A stretch of 64,000 bases of DNA. Origin: Eledone cirrhosa (taxonomy: Eukaryota). Under the pieces are notes generated by a model. The model did no database searches. It was not told where the DNA came from and worked only from the letters and a program-made list of their open reading frames with translations. Below are positions 13,741-27,790 of this stretch, piece by piece (within the stretch, counting starts at the first letter, position 1; each line of letters begins with the position of its first letter). A program made the translations under genes and the position numbers. The stretch covers positions 327,236,001-327,300,000 of the forward strand of contig OZ024740.1 in NCBI GenBank assembly GCA_964016885.1, written 5' to 3'.

Positions 13741-15195
13741 ATTCCACAATCATATACTTTGCAATGGTTTTCTGTGTTGCATTCAGGAATTGCGAGCATG
13801 GTGTTTACATCCGATATCGAACCTCAGGCAGCATATTTAACATCAGGCGCTTTGCTGCGAAGACAAAAGTATTTACATCAGTCATAAGAGACCTCTTGTA
13901 TGCAGATGATTGCGATCTTGTAGCGCACACAGAGAGTGATATGCAGCACATTTTGAATGTATTTTCTGACGCTTGCACTGCCCTGGGTTTGACTGTCAGT
14001 CTCAAGAAAACTGTCGTCATGTACCAACCTGCACCTGGTAGGCAGTACACTGAACCAAACATCTATGTGTATGGCAAACGACTTGGAGTGGTTGATCAGT
14101 TTGTCTACCTGGGAAGCACTGTCAATCGATACGGCAACCTTGACAGTGAAATCTCACTCAGGATTAGGAAAGCAAGTGATGCTTTCGGAAAGCTAGAAAG
14201 GCGACTCTGGGGTCGGCGAGACATATGCAGGAGGACAAAGGTAAAGGTGTACAGGGCATGTGTACTCTCTTGTCTTCTTTATGCCTGCGAGACCTGGGTC
14301 ACATATCGACGCCACCTTGAGCAATTGGGGCGTTTCCATCAGATGTGTCTCAGACGGATACATGGCGTTCACTGGAGGGACCACATCAGTGATGTCGAGA
14401 TTTTGGAAAGCTCTATGTGTGACAGTATAGAAGCTCTTGTGCTTAAGCAGCGACTCCGTTGGAGTGGTCACCTTGCCAGGATGAAGGATTCTAGAATACC
14501 AAAACAACTCTTCTATGGAGAGTTGGTTAAAGGAAAACGACCGCCACATAAACCAAAAAAGAGGTATAAGGATTCCTTGAAGGCCTCTCTGAAAGACGCT
14601 AACATCTCTGCTGATACATGGGAAAATATTGCTGCTGATCGTAATAAATGGAGAAAGACTGTATATGAGGGAAAAGTTGCCTTTGAGGCATCTCGAATCG
14701 CACACGAGAAAGTAAAGCGGGACGTGAGGAAGGGTATTGCTGTTGCACTTCCAGACGGCGAGGGTCCTCCTATGTTTCTGACATGCAGCGTCTGTGCGAG
14801 ACTCTGCCTAAGCAAAGCTGGACTCGAAAGTCATCTTCGCAGTCATAAAGTAAGACCAGTGGTTGACTACCAGGCTGCTGTTGGAGATGCTACTCATCAT
14901 GCTTGCCAAACATGTGGTAGAGAATGTAAATCAGCAGGAGGACTCAAGCGACATGCAAAAGTACACGAACTCCAACCACAGCCGACTATTCCCAGTAAAT
15001 GTTTTGGATGCCGACTCTGTGCAAGACATTTTGGATCATTGGCTGGGCTAAAAAGCCACATTCGATCGCAGCACTGTTAGTTGCTATCGTGTGTTTGTGT
15101 GTGTGTGTGTAGATATGCTTATGTGCGTGCGTGTGTGTGTATATATATATGAATATGTATATTATTATTGTTGTTGTCGTTATTATTATTATTGC

Positions 15196-15253
<58 letters not shown>

Positions 15254-15311
15254 TTTTTTTTTTTTTTTTTATTGTGCAATGGCCATACTCGATAACGAGG
15301 GGGCAGCCATC
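13741..15311 (+). mobile_element. 5'-truncated RTE-clade LINE (RT C-half + three C2H2 zinc fingers; ORF stop at 15080)
   Basis: LLYADDC, FVYLGS, LLYACETW, RLRWSGH, RIPKQLFYGEL; three Cx2C-x12-Hx3-4H motifs; 3' end GGCCATACTCGATAACGAGGGGGCAGCC then an (ATGT)n tail. Confidence 0.92.
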
Positions 15312-15339
15312 ATGTATGTATGTATGTATGTGTGAATGC

Positions 15340-15948
15340 TACTAGTAACATGTAACCAAGTACAACCTGTCGCATGGTCGGGTCGTCGGCGACTAAACCG
15401 GCAACCCACCAAGTTTACTTGGTGAGGAGGGTGATTTTGGACCCCCTGCAGGACAAAAAACAAAACCTGACAAAGAGCGGAAGAACTCATAAGAGTCAAC
15501 GGCCATCCAAAAGTGTGTAAATATGTATATACACATGTACGTATGTATATATATATGCGCGGGGACATAGAAATAGTCGGGCTGGACACCCGATCGCGCG
15601 GTTAAACCACTGGGAGTGGAGGACTCCTTTCCTTTGTCAGGGCATTCGTCTAGCAAACTCAGGAAACTGGGATAACTGCGATATAAAACCTGCGGCTCAG
15701 TATGTTGATCTTTTCTTCTTTTCGGGTTATAGCTCCTGTCGCTCATAGAGTGGGATTGGTCAGTGCACAGTCTTTCCTCACTTTAAAAAATATCTGCACG
15801 CACAGGCATTGCTCGATAGAATTAATTAATAATTATTAATAATGGTATATTGTGCAATGGCCATACTCGATAAGGAGGGGGCAGCCACCATGTATGTATG
15901 TATGTATGTATGTATGTATGTATGTATGTATGTATGTATGTATGTATG
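15340..15948 (+). mobile_element. Bipartite non-autonomous RTE derivative (putative 5' UTR + RTE 3' end + (ATGT)n tail)
   Basis: 15850-15890 is nearly identical to the RTE 3' end at 15271-15311; the upstream ~480 bp is GC-richer and non-coding. Confidence 0.65.
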
Positions 15949-18900
15949 TTCTTCTGGTTTTATAATTTCACAAAGTTTTACCAATAGAGAGAGAGTCGGT
16001 TTCTAACATAGACACAAGACTCTCTCATTGGAATTTACACATCAACTAGGTAGATATGTATGTATGCATGCATGTGTAGATATGGATGTTATTGTATGTG
16101 TGGATGTATATGTTTTGAGTTGTATGTGTGCATGTGTATATGCTTTGTATCTGTACATGTGTATATGCAGTTATTAGATGCAACATTTTTGGAATGTTTT
16201 ATATATTTTTACTGTTACATTAATGGATTGTACTTGTAATTTCCTAACTAGTTGTGTTTTTTCTGTTCCTGTGAAGCCTAGCTTCTCAAGATTTGTATTG
16301 AGGCAGTTACTAACATATCCCAGTGCCCCAACAATCACAGGCATAAATCTGAAGGTGTAATCAGGGTGGAGTATCTGCAGATTTCTCATCAGTTCTGCAT
16401 AAATATTCTCCTTTTCACTAATCGTTGATATTATATTGGCATCTGCTGGGCAGCTAATTTCCACTACTGTGCATGCTTTCTTCTCCCTGTCCTATATCAT
16501 AATTTCTGGTCTGTTATGCCTGCATTTTATTCGGGTTTTTACTGGAACATTCCACCAGTACTCTTTCATATTATTGTTGTAGTTTTTAATGTGTTTATTA
16601 TCGGGGCTATCTTTTTTAGCAACTGCATTGTACATTGTTTTGGCCACTACATCATGCCTCCTAGGTAGATAGTACCGCGATGACATATTTGGACAGATGC
16701 TGATGACATGGGTGGTATCCTCGATGTTAGTTCTGCAGAGTCTGCACTTGTTATCACATCTAGGTGTTTTGCCTGCATCCCTATCTCTTTTGTGAATCAG
16801 GTATTTCGTGTTAATCTCCTGTTCCTGGATTGCAAAAGTGTATCGTTCAAAGTGGGAGCCAATATAGCGGTTGTTGGTCCAAGATAGACTACTTTCCTTA
16901 TCTATATTACTCTCACTCTGGAGCTTCCTGGCAACATATCCATGCATGATTTTTTGCTGATAAGCATGCAGTTTTTCATCCATGGATTCACTGCGATACT
17001 GCTGAGCGACATCCCTGGGTGTGAGTTTTTGATTATGACACAGGGAATATCTCTCGGGGAGTTCCTTCCCAACTCTCATGATCTTATCTGTTTCATGCAG
17101 ATATACTTGATCGAGAAACGGGCTCCTACGCTTCGAGGTTCGTAGATGTTGTTGGAGAGATATGATGCGACATTCAAATGTTGTCTGGACTGGTGTTAGG
17201 CCTCTGCCTCCCTGCTTACGTTTCAAGTAAAGGCGGTCTATGTCACTGTTGATGTGGAAGTTTCCAGTGTTGTTTAGTATTGTTCGAGTTCCAACATCAA
17301 CTGCTCGGATTTCGTCTATCGCCCAATTGAATATTCCAAACGTTGGTGTTAGGACAAGCACAGCAAACACATTGTGAGCCACTGTTTTGTTTTGCGCAGA
17401 GAGTTCCGATGACCAAATCTTTCTTAATCAGGTGTAGTATTCCCTGGTTACGCGTTCCTTATTACAGATACCATTATAGGATATGTTCTCATCTATCCCC
17501 AGGTATCTGTAGCAGTCCTCATCAGATATCGGTGAAACAGCTAGGCCATTGATGACAATGTTGCTAGATTGGGTTGTTGTTTTTCCCCGCTTTACAGTCA
17601 TGTATGAGCTTTTATCTTGGCCAAACTCCATTCCTATATCCTTTAAGAACGTTGTAACCAGGTCAAGACTTTTCATCATCCCATCCATGTTCTTGGTATA
17701 GTGTTTCAGATCGTCCACAAAGAAATTATGGGTTAGGTTCGTATTTCAGTCCTCCTGTAAGCCAATGATGTATCCTTCACATTTCTTGAGCAGAAAGGAC
17801 AAGGGGTTTAATGACAAGATGAATAATATCACAGAGAGACTGTCCCCCTTAAACATACCCCTGCAATATTTTATTTTATCCGTGAAAATAGAGTCTTCCC
17901 TCTCTGTCTTTAACCTTAGGATAGTAGCCCAAGAAGAAGACAGCCTCTCTATGACTCTGACAATAATGTCTGGGACTTTAACAAGTTGGAGGGCCTCTAT
18001 CATCCAAGAGAGGGGAACAGAATCGAAAGCTTTACTGTAGTCCAGACAGACTGTAACCATATTCGTCCTAAGTTGTCGCACCTCCGACATCGCAGTTTTG
18101 TTGATTATGAGCTGTTTAGCACATCCCCAAACCCCTTTCTTTACAGCTTCTTGTTCATCTGTGATGATGTTATTATTTTCAGTGATCTTAGAGGAATAGG
18201 TTCAGGCAGGCTGTATACATCTTATACATCAGGTTCTGGCATACAATGGGTCGGTAGTTTTTTGCCAAGTGGGTGTCTTTGTTCTTGGGGACCAGTAATG
18301 TTTGTGCTAATGTCAACCATTCTGGTATAAGTGTATCTCCCTTAAGAACTTATTGGTAGAGGTCAGTAAGATACCTCCGATAGAATATCAGTTTTCGTAC
18401 CAGTAGCCGACAATCATATCTCTTCCTGGTGTTTTCTTATCTTGGAGTTTTCCTATCACAGTCTCAAGGGTACCCTCACTTATTTCGTATCTTTTTGTTG
18501 TAGTACAGGAGCAATAGTTCTTTCGGATTTCTCTTAGCCAAACTGCATCTTGGTTGAAATTCTTCTTTTCACCCCATATTTTGCTACACAAGGAATGTAT
18601 GTCTTTCTGGGATGAGGCCTCAGTGACACTTATTATTTTGTCCTTCATATCTCTATAGACTGATGTTTGGTTTTGTCTGAATCTTTTATTAAGCACTTTT
18701 CTCTCATCTACCTTCTTCAGGTATATGGCGCTTTTCGCTAACAGCTCTCAATTCTTGTTTGAAGGTGATCAGCTTATATTGAAGAGTTCTGGTTCTACTG
18801 TTACCAAACATCGTCTCTATTTTATTTTTCACTCTTTGTTCGGGAGGAGTGAGGTATGTTTGTGTTTGTTTGCATGTAAGGAGCATTGTCGCATATCCTA

Positions 18901-20022
18901 TGTTTTGTCGTAGGTCAGCAATCTTTTTTTATATTTTAGTTATACATGATGGTATTTTTGGTGGTGTTCTGTTTTTGTTAATATCTCTGCTATCACCAAG
19001 ATAATGCTTCACTGTCGTTGCTATGGCATATAAACAGGCGTTGATTTGCCAAAATGTTGGGGTTTTTATCAGTCGTAAATATTCATCCCCTATTTCGTTA
19101 ATAACACGTAATATTTCATTATTTGTTTTTTTATTAAACATTGTCGTTTTAGTACGCTCAGCAAGAGAGATATTTATACATGAGTTAATTTCTCTCTGGA
19201 AGATTTCGTTGAGGGAAATTTTCAATTGTTTATACTTTTGATTATTATCATTATCGATAGTATTTTCCACAATAGTCGAGGTAGACACGGATGGTACGTG
19301 GTATCAAATTTCTTCGATTATTATTATTATCGATAGTGTTTTCCCCAGCATTCGAGGTAGACTTAGATGGTACAGGTGGTGTCAAGTTTCTTACAGGCAT
19401 AGTTGTTTCAAGGCAATGTTCGACCTGGCTGCTAGGAAGTCTGGTAGCATGGCGACCTGTAGCACGTGTTGTTGATCCCATGTTTGTTGTGGGGGACTTA
19501 CAATTAATACTATTTATCTTATTTTTACGTTCAACAAACGTCGCTTGTTGGCGTAATTGTTTCGCTGTGAAATAATTTAGCTCTGGGTGCATTTCGTCTC
19601 AGTGTAGCTTCATTCTATTCATATAGCCAATGGAGGGATTGTATTTTGCCAATTTATAACAATTAAATAAATCATTATTAAGTTCGCAACTCCAAGAGAA
19701 ATGCGATTTATAATTTCGGTTTCTTCTGTAGCTACAACTGAATAAAGTTTGATTACCTTCCTTGTTATTTGTCTTAGGTACTTCCTTAATTTTTTGTTGA
19801 TGTTGTGTTCAGCCATGCTGTTTGTAGCAATTCCATGTAAAATGAATTATGTATTTAGTCGGATATCTCTACGAATTAGAATAAAAGGTGTCTTCAGAAG
19901 GGATAGTTAGAAGTATAACCAGTTATTCAACCTGGCTGTAGTTGTGGCATTACTGTCGGAGAGAGTATTCATCTTAAATTTAATAAATAGTCTCCTACGC
20001 CAAAATATGCGACTGATCGCGT
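15949..20022 (-). mobile_element. Near-full-length, frameshifted R4/Dong-clade LINE (RT + CCHC + restriction-like endonuclease) in (CATA)n
   Basis: ORF pieces LDYSKAFDSV, FKGDSLS, VDDLK, YRYLG, CRLC..H...C, RRHD, RPEI, EISCP; (TATG)n on both sides. Confidence 0.92.
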
Positions 20023-20289
20023 TGTATGTATGTATGTATGTATGTATGTATGTATGTATGTATGTATGTATGTATGTATGTATGTATGTATGTATGTATT
20101 TATGTACATATGTATGTATGTATGTATATACATATGTACATACATATATGTTTGTTTGCATTTGGTCATAGCCAGAAATATACACGCATACATACATACA
20201 TACATACATACATACACACATACATACATACATACATACATACATACATACATACATACATACATACATACATACATACATACATACAT

Positions 20290-21112
20290 GAGACGTAAAA
20301 CACAGACCATAGAGGGGATAAACACTCAAAAAGCCCGGCATGGAGTTCCGACAAGTTTATGACATCACACCTTGGGAGATATCTCTATGCAATACAGGAA
20401 CAAGAACTCCCTACCAAATATCTGCTGCACAAAAGAGGAGGGCCAGCAGCTGACAATAAATGTAGGCTATGTAAAACAAAGATCGAGGATGTAAGCCATA
20501 TTGTTGCCAGCTGCGAAAGAATGTCATCTCGCTACTACCTCCCCATGAGACACGATGGGATAGCTAGAACCATCTGGAGCGCACTTCGGAAAACAAAATT
20601 AACAACAAACGAGGAAGAATATATTGAGACAGATGGCACTAAGGAATACTGGTGGAACCTGAAAATAAAAACTGCCACCAAATTAAAGCACAACCGGCCT
20701 GATATTGTTGTTTGGGACCACATATTGAAAACGTGTTCTGTTGTGGAGATCAGCTGCCCACTTGATGTAAACGTTGTCAGAAAAATACAGGAGAAGGAGG
20801 ACATCTACGGACCATTGATGAGGAGTTTACAAATCCAGTATCCAAGATACACCTTTAGCTTCATACCCATCATTATTGGAGCTACGGATTATATACCAAC
20901 CCGCTTAGACCAAAGTATGACTGAACTTGGATTTGCGGACAAAAAGCGCAGCTCCCTAATTTATAGTCTACAAATGGCTGCGATAGCTGGCACCTTCAAA
21001 ATTTACAAAACATTCTTGCGATTCAAGGGATGACAATTTCTTTTCTTTTACAACCTTGCCACCAGGAAGGTGGCTGGTCAAAAAAATATCCTCGAAATTA
21101 AGAGAAAGAGAT
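20290..21112 (+). mobile_element. 5'-truncated R4/Dong-clade LINE (REL domain, ORF 20359-21033) in (CATA)n
   Basis: CRLC..HIVASC, MRHD, HNRPDIV, VEISCP; (CATA)n on both sides; diverged from the neighbouring copy. Confidence 0.92.
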
Positions 21113-21346
21113 AACATACATACATACACACATACATACATACATACATACATACATACATACATACATACATACATACATACATACACGGACGCATGCA
21201 TGCAGACATGCAGCACATACATCCATACAACCATCCATACATCCTTCATCTATTGTTTGAAATTATAATGTTTGCAGAATGTTTTCATTGACTTTGGCTG
21301 ACCGCCAGTCTAAACGAAGGAAAACAGTAAATCAGTGACATGTAGG

Positions 21347-22037
21347 TCATCAGCATCATCATCATCATCACACCCCTACCATCAACATCAGCATCAACAC
21401 CTTCCTATCACTACCACCACCACCATCATCATCAATACCACCACCACCAATACCACCCCATCTCTGTCATCATCATCATCATCACACCCCTACCATCAAC
21501 ACCTTCCTATCACTACCACCACTACCACCACCATCACTACCACCACCACCACCACCACCACCACCATCACCACCACCACCACCACCACCATCATCAATAC
21601 CACCACCACCAATACCACCCCATCTCTGTCATCATCATCATCATCACCACACCCCTACCATCAACACCTTCCTACCACCACCACCACCACCACCACCACC
21701 ATCATCAATACCACCACCACCAATACCACCCCATCTCTGTCATCATCATCATCATCACACCCCTACCATCAACACCTTCCTATCACTACCACCACCACCA
21801 CCACCACCACCACCATCATCAATACCACCACCACCAATACCACCCCATCACTGTCATCATCATCATCATCATCATCATCGTTATCACAACCCTACCATCA
21901 ACATCAACACCTTCCTATCACCACCACCTATACCACCTACCACCAATACCACCACGATCATCATCATGATCATGATCATCATCATCATCATCATCATGAT
22001 CATCATCATCATCATCATCACCATCATTGTCATCATT
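21347..22037. repeat. Compound minisatellite of (ACC)n/(TCA)n blocks, ~4 units of 120-160 bp
   Basis: Recurrent ATCAATACCACCACCACCAATACCACCCCATCTCTGTCATCA...CACCCCTACCATCAACACCTTCCTA. Confidence 0.85.
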
Positions 22038-22319
22038 AAGACTGATGGAGAGGGAAACTAACCGAAGCATTAAAACAAACATAAATTCTTACTGAAGTGG
22101 TTTGATGCGAACGTGGAGATTATCCCTTTTCTCGCTTTGTGCCAAATACTTTGATCTAGATTTACGAACGGGTCACAACAATGAAATTACGAAATATTTT
22201 TTTTAAACTCTCAAAATAACTAAAGTTATCTTTGTTTATGTGTTCTAATATTTTAGCGAAAACAGTCCATTCTAGAGAAAAACTGTTTTGACTAATGGAC
22301 TCTTAAACACAGTTGATGT

Positions 22320-22560
22320 AAGATGGCTGAATGGTCAAGAAGTTTATCTTTTAATCACTAGGTCCTGGTTTCGATACCTCTATGTGGTATCTTCGGCAAG
22401 TACCATTTACCATGGTCTCGGTTTGACCTATGTCATCTGACCGAAATTGGCTCGACGGAAACTGTTTCGAAGCTCGTTGGGTGAACTCTAACTACATTTC
22501 TAATGGCCGGCTTATCATACACTGTGTCACGCTGAATCACCTCGAGAATTACACGTTAAT
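22320..22560 (+). mobile_element. Old tRNA-derived SINE
   Basis: A-box-like TGGCTGAATGG and B-box-like GGTTTCGATACC, followed by a GGCAAG-containing body. Confidence 0.55.
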
Positions 22561-23009
22561 TTCATCGTCAAAACTGACGGAGAACCATTCCATTCAATTC
22601 CTTAAACACAAGCTGTTCCGCCTAAAGCATCTTCCAGTACATTTCTAGAGCTGGACTCTCATCCCAAACAAAAAGTACATCCCTTATTTCATCAAAACGG
22701 CAAATTATTTCCACCCATTCATGGTACAGGGAGCACAGAAAGTAACACACTCACTGAGAAACAAACACACAGACATACATACACATGAACACAAGAATAA
22801 GATTCATACAAAAACACGTGTATATAATTGTTAACGCTCACGTATTAACAAACTCATGATCCATAGATACACACACACACACACTGACAATAGACACGCA
22901 CACATACGGACAAACACAAGGCATAAAGACATTTACAAGACGCATACATAATATGTGTGAATGTGTGTGTGTGTGTGTGTGTGTGTGTATGCGTGCGTGT
23001 GTATGTTGG

Positions 23010-23305
23010 ACCTCCGTTGGTTCAGACGACGAATATTCTAATTGTATGAACAACTGAACATCCTGTAAGTGACTGAGTATTCCATAGGCACGTGCACCCT
23101 TAACGTAGTTCTCATGCAGATTCGGCGTCACAAGTATATGACAAGGCTGGCCCTTTGAATTTCTGGTACAACTCATTTTTGTCAGCTGAGTAGACTGGAG
23201 CAATGTGAAATAAAGTGTCTTGCTCAAAGACACAATGCGCCTTCGATTGTTATCGAACTCACTGCGATCCAATTGTTAGTCAAACACACTAACTACCAAA
23301 CCATG
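23010..23305 (-). mobile_element. tRNA-derived SINE (second family)
   Basis: B box GAGTTCGATAAC on the minus strand; body shared with 40890-41075. Confidence 0.7.
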
Positions 23306-23939
23306 TACTTTCCTTTCACATATACACAATATGAAGAATACAAATACGAACACACACTTAATAGTGAACTTGCTATCATCATCAATTATTTACGTACAAA
23401 CATAAGTCTTTGACTCGTTGACAAGACACATACCTATGCGAGCGGTGCTTTATTCAACTAGCATTTCTGCCATCACCGGGACAAACACTTAAATCACTGA
23501 GACCTATGTAATTAACAGAACAATGAGGAGTCTCTAAGCTGTCTGTCGACCTGCCAGAAATATCAGCCAGATTTCATCATATCAGGCCTTAGCATTATGA
23601 ACAAAGAACGACATATATGCTAATATAACCCCACATTCTATATACTAACGGAGGAAATGATTCCAATTGGAATAACTTTAATAATAATTCTGCTTGATCA
23701 AAGTTGTCCTGGGGCTAAGCCAAAACAACCAAACGATCATATACGCTACCACCTTTAGAAAGGACACACACGTTGGAATATGTAGTCTTTATAAACAGTA
23801 TGGCTAGAAAAATATGTGATGATCAAGACTGAAATGCCTTTGGATATAGAATCGATCGATCAAATGTTGATATTTATTTTATTGGTTTTGTGTGATGTGG
23901 AAGAAGAGGTTGTGCCTATATTCTAGGCAAGCTCACCAA

Positions 23940-26900
23940 GATCGGTAATCTGGGCCTAAGCAATAGCAAAATGGTCATCGAAGTACAACCAAGATACAAA
24001 AGATGGTTGCGTAGTTATAAAACCCACCAACAGTAATTTCACCACCATCAGCAGCAACACTACCACCGCTACGACAACCACCACAACAACAAATGCCACA
24101 GACATCACAAATACCACGTACAACCCAGTTCGCATCCAGACAAACAACAATAGCATCGGCAGCACACAAAGAAAGAAAATGAACTTTAACTACACAACAA
24201 TAAACACAAACAATAACGAACTAATAAACCACATACATTAAAACAGAAACAACACAGAATGATTGTATTACAACATGTTACTATATAAGCACACATAAAA
24301 GTTATCAAAACCACACAAGACATACTCAAGTTAAAAAATATATACTTCTCTAGCGGAATAGATGGTTTCTGAGAAAAGCTCCTCGAAAGAATATGAGGCA
24401 CCTACAATTGGCCAGAGGAAATTATCAGCCTTTCCTTTCACAAGAATAAGGTAAGTGGCCCTTCTAACTCCCCACTCCTTTGTTCAACATTGCCTTATTT
24501 AGAATAGGCTGTGTAAATGCACGTAGCATGGGGTCATCTTGGAAGCAAGGCCATCTGCTCCACATCCTCAGGTCACTAAATATAGATATGGTAGCCATCA
24601 ACGAGATCAGAATTTCACTGTGTTATTTTACTGCGTTATTTCGCAAAGGCATGGATTTCACGGCAAGAACTATGTTCCCGGTCCCGAAAGGTAAGTTGGT
24701 GATACCTGACGTGTCAAGCAACGAAGAACATGATATTAGGCTAGTGACCATCAATGCCTTGACAAGGGCAGGGTGGCCAGAATTTTTCAGGCGCCTTGAA
24801 ACGTTTCGCCGTACTGTGAAAGGCCAACAGACCGGGAAGAGGATGCAAAAGCCTCGCAAATCTGCTCAAACACTTACAACTGCACCACCTATATTTCTTG
24901 GATGTGCCTTTGTGAACTTGATCAAACTGCATCAGACATCTAGATCGTATCAGGATAGGCTGTTTTATAAAGCAATAGATGTAGATACCCTACACAGACT
25001 AAAAATGTGTGATCTGCATAGTAGATTTAGACAGACTTCATAGACAGCATGCAGGTTACTCTAAACATAAAACTGGTTGTTTATGTCATGCAAAACACAA
25101 CAAAGACCGGATTAGGGAGTTAGCTAAGCGGGCGTTGTCGGAGTTAATCATCAGCAACAAATTCCGGTTCGTCCTTAAACAGGCGACTAGACTAGAATCG
25201 ATAAGGTTTAGAAAAGGAGTAAGCAATATAGAAAACTAGACTAGAGGGAAAGCTAGTCAGGAAACTAAAAGAGGCATTAAAAAGGGCTTCATGACGGACG
25301 TGTCTACGCCGAGAAAGGCTCTCAACCAATTCTCCAAAGCGAAACACGAACGTTGCACAGCCTGACAACAAAGCAACAATTAAGTTTATTGACTTACCAC
25401 GAGTAGCGCGGGAAACCCAGTTTCGAGCAGATGTATGCGACACGTCAACAGTACTTCGTCCAGCGGGCCGGATGACATAATGGACTCTCTTGCTTACATT
25501 GACGGCCTGCAGAGACTCTCGGCAACAGAAAGTGAACAGTCTACGAAAGACCGATAACAAACGGAGAAATACACGAGTCAGTAATTGACTGCACGAGGGG
25601 CAAATCGCAGGTTTTGGTTGGTTTGCCAAACAAGCTTTATCTATATATGTAACTCTTGTTCGGTAAGATCTTGGTGAACGTCGGCACAAACCGGCAGTGG
25701 AATGGAAAATTCCCAGTTTTCTGTGAGCTGAAGATTAGTGGCGTTGTTGAGAAGGACCCGAACAAGAGGAATTACATAGATAACTTCAGGCTCCTAACCC
25801 TGCTAAACGCAGAGTTAAAGATTTTGGCCAAGATGTGTAAAGAAGTTGGTGCTATTTGTCAACGGCCTGTTTGGGTAGGCGCCGACATGCACTACCACTA
25901 TCAATTCGACCAATGCAAGCATTCATCTCATGCAATACTTAATATAGAGGGTAAGTAAGAAATCTGGCAGAGAGTGGGGCATCGATGAAATCGGATCAAT
26001 CGGGAGCATTCATCTCTCCATAGGGCAGCTGTTTCCGGTTCGTCTTTAGGGGGTGTTTATCACTGCAACGTACATCAATATCTACTCGGTGATCAGCGTG
26101 TATGGTCACCCATCAATATTATGCGCTCAGTTTTTTCGAGATGACCGTATCGTCAGTTTTGTACTTACTATACAAGTTAGAGGTGCTGAGGGGCATCCTG
26201 CGCAAACTAGGATGAATGAGATCGGTGTCTGTATATTCCGACGCCATCTCCGTCGTGGTGTTGAGCACTTAGTAAATTGAGGTGATCGGCACCGTTGTAA
26301 GCTACGGAGCGATGGAAGAAGCAAAGGTTGACCAGCAAAAGTCAGTGGGTCTGCGGCCCAACTCCTGGAGAAACAGATCCATGCATTCCAATGGCGGCAT
26401 CCAGCTCTGCACCATCGGACTGGTTAAGTTGCTTGGGGTCTGGTTCTATTCAGGTCTGGTGGAAAAACCCCGGGACAAATTTTAGAGCAGAGTGGCAACT
26501 CCCGTCCCGTAATGAGCGGAGAGAAAATTATCACTGAAAGATGGTTTCTCCAACTCATCTCCTTGGCGGAGCTGCATCTCTAGTTTACGTAAGATCGAGG
26601 GGAGTGCTTGGCAACTAGAATGTTAACAAGGTGTTACAGTCTTCTACTGGTTATTCACTGCTATCGGTGGAAAATCTATTCTTGTGTTCAATAGAGGGTT
26701 AGTGGTGGGGAAAAGCGATGATGTTCTTGGAGATACTCTGGGTGTCGAAGATGATTAAATAGCCGTTGTCTTCCGGAGAGTGATACCAAGAAGAATTACC
26801 TTCTTACTTCAGTCGTGAAGAGTAGGCAGTTTTTATCGGCCTGATGCCATGGCGGTAGTGGCTGCGTAGTGGACGCGGCTCAAAGAGTTGAAGAAAGACG

Positions 26901-27060
26901 CTTCCCTCTTCGGCGAAGCCCTGAATAACATTTTCAAGTTTCACTTGAAAAGGAAAATCGGAGTTGAGAGGGAGCCACTGTATTCCAGCTAGCTTGCAGA
27001 AAAGTGGATGAGGGTAGTGAGCAAGGTTCGACTGAACCGGTCCGCTCTCAGTATACAACT
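23940..27060 (+). pseudogene. Heavily decayed Tx1/L1-type LINE, same family as 56468-62355
   Basis: RIGCVNARSMGSSWKQGHLL, EFFRRLETF, KDPNKRNYIDNFRLLTLLNAELKILAK and VKLLGVWF match ORF2 of the intact copy. Confidence 0.9.
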
Positions 27061-27576
27061 GTAAAAACATGATATAGGAGAAACAAGAGAGCATAGAAAA
27101 CTAATGCCATGTTGAATTTAGTTGCGTCCCTTTATGAGTTAAAGTCTCGCCGAGGCCGTTTTGCAGTTTTTCCTTTTATGACCGATAAACTAATATACCA
27201 GCAAAGTGGTGTAACCGACATAATCGGATATATCCCTCTATAAAATGTGTCATGGAGCCAAAGTAAAATATTGGTATACAGTGTATATTTTTAAAAGTGG
27301 AAGTGGTGCATACCATGTCTAAGCGTCTAAGGGAGATAACTAACGTTTGAGTATTCTTCAAATCAGCACATGCAATCGTATTTTGCATCCTGAATTAGAA
27401 TTCACCTAGCGTTTTGTGGTCGATCGATAAACTACTAATGAGCGAAGTTTTGTGCTGCAATATATACACATATATATATCGCGCCCGCGCGCATACATAT
27501 ATATATATATATGTCTGTGTGTGTATGTATATGTAAATGTATATACTTTATATATATATATATATATATATATACG

Positions 27577-27702
27577 AAAAAGTATGACCCCGACGGCTTG
27601 AGCTCTGCCGTCGGGGTCATACTTTTTCTATTACCCACTCTAAGTATTGAGTACTCTGGTGCGTTATGGTTCATCTGGTTCTTTACCACATTTCCTTCGT
27701 TA
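27577..27702 (+). mobile_element. Fold-back element family I, centred on hammerhead stem III
   Basis: AAAAGTATGACCCCGACGGC-TTGAGCTCT-GCCGTCGGGGTCATACTTTT then the family 3' end; in (TA)n. Confidence 0.8.
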
Positions 27703-27711
27703 TATATATAT

Positions 27712-27790
<79 letters not shown>

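Noticed and set aside
21335-22039. 234 aa Thr/Ser/His-rich ORF
   Set aside because: Made wholly of trinucleotide blocks that stay open by construction; GTG start, no signal peptide or splice evidence.
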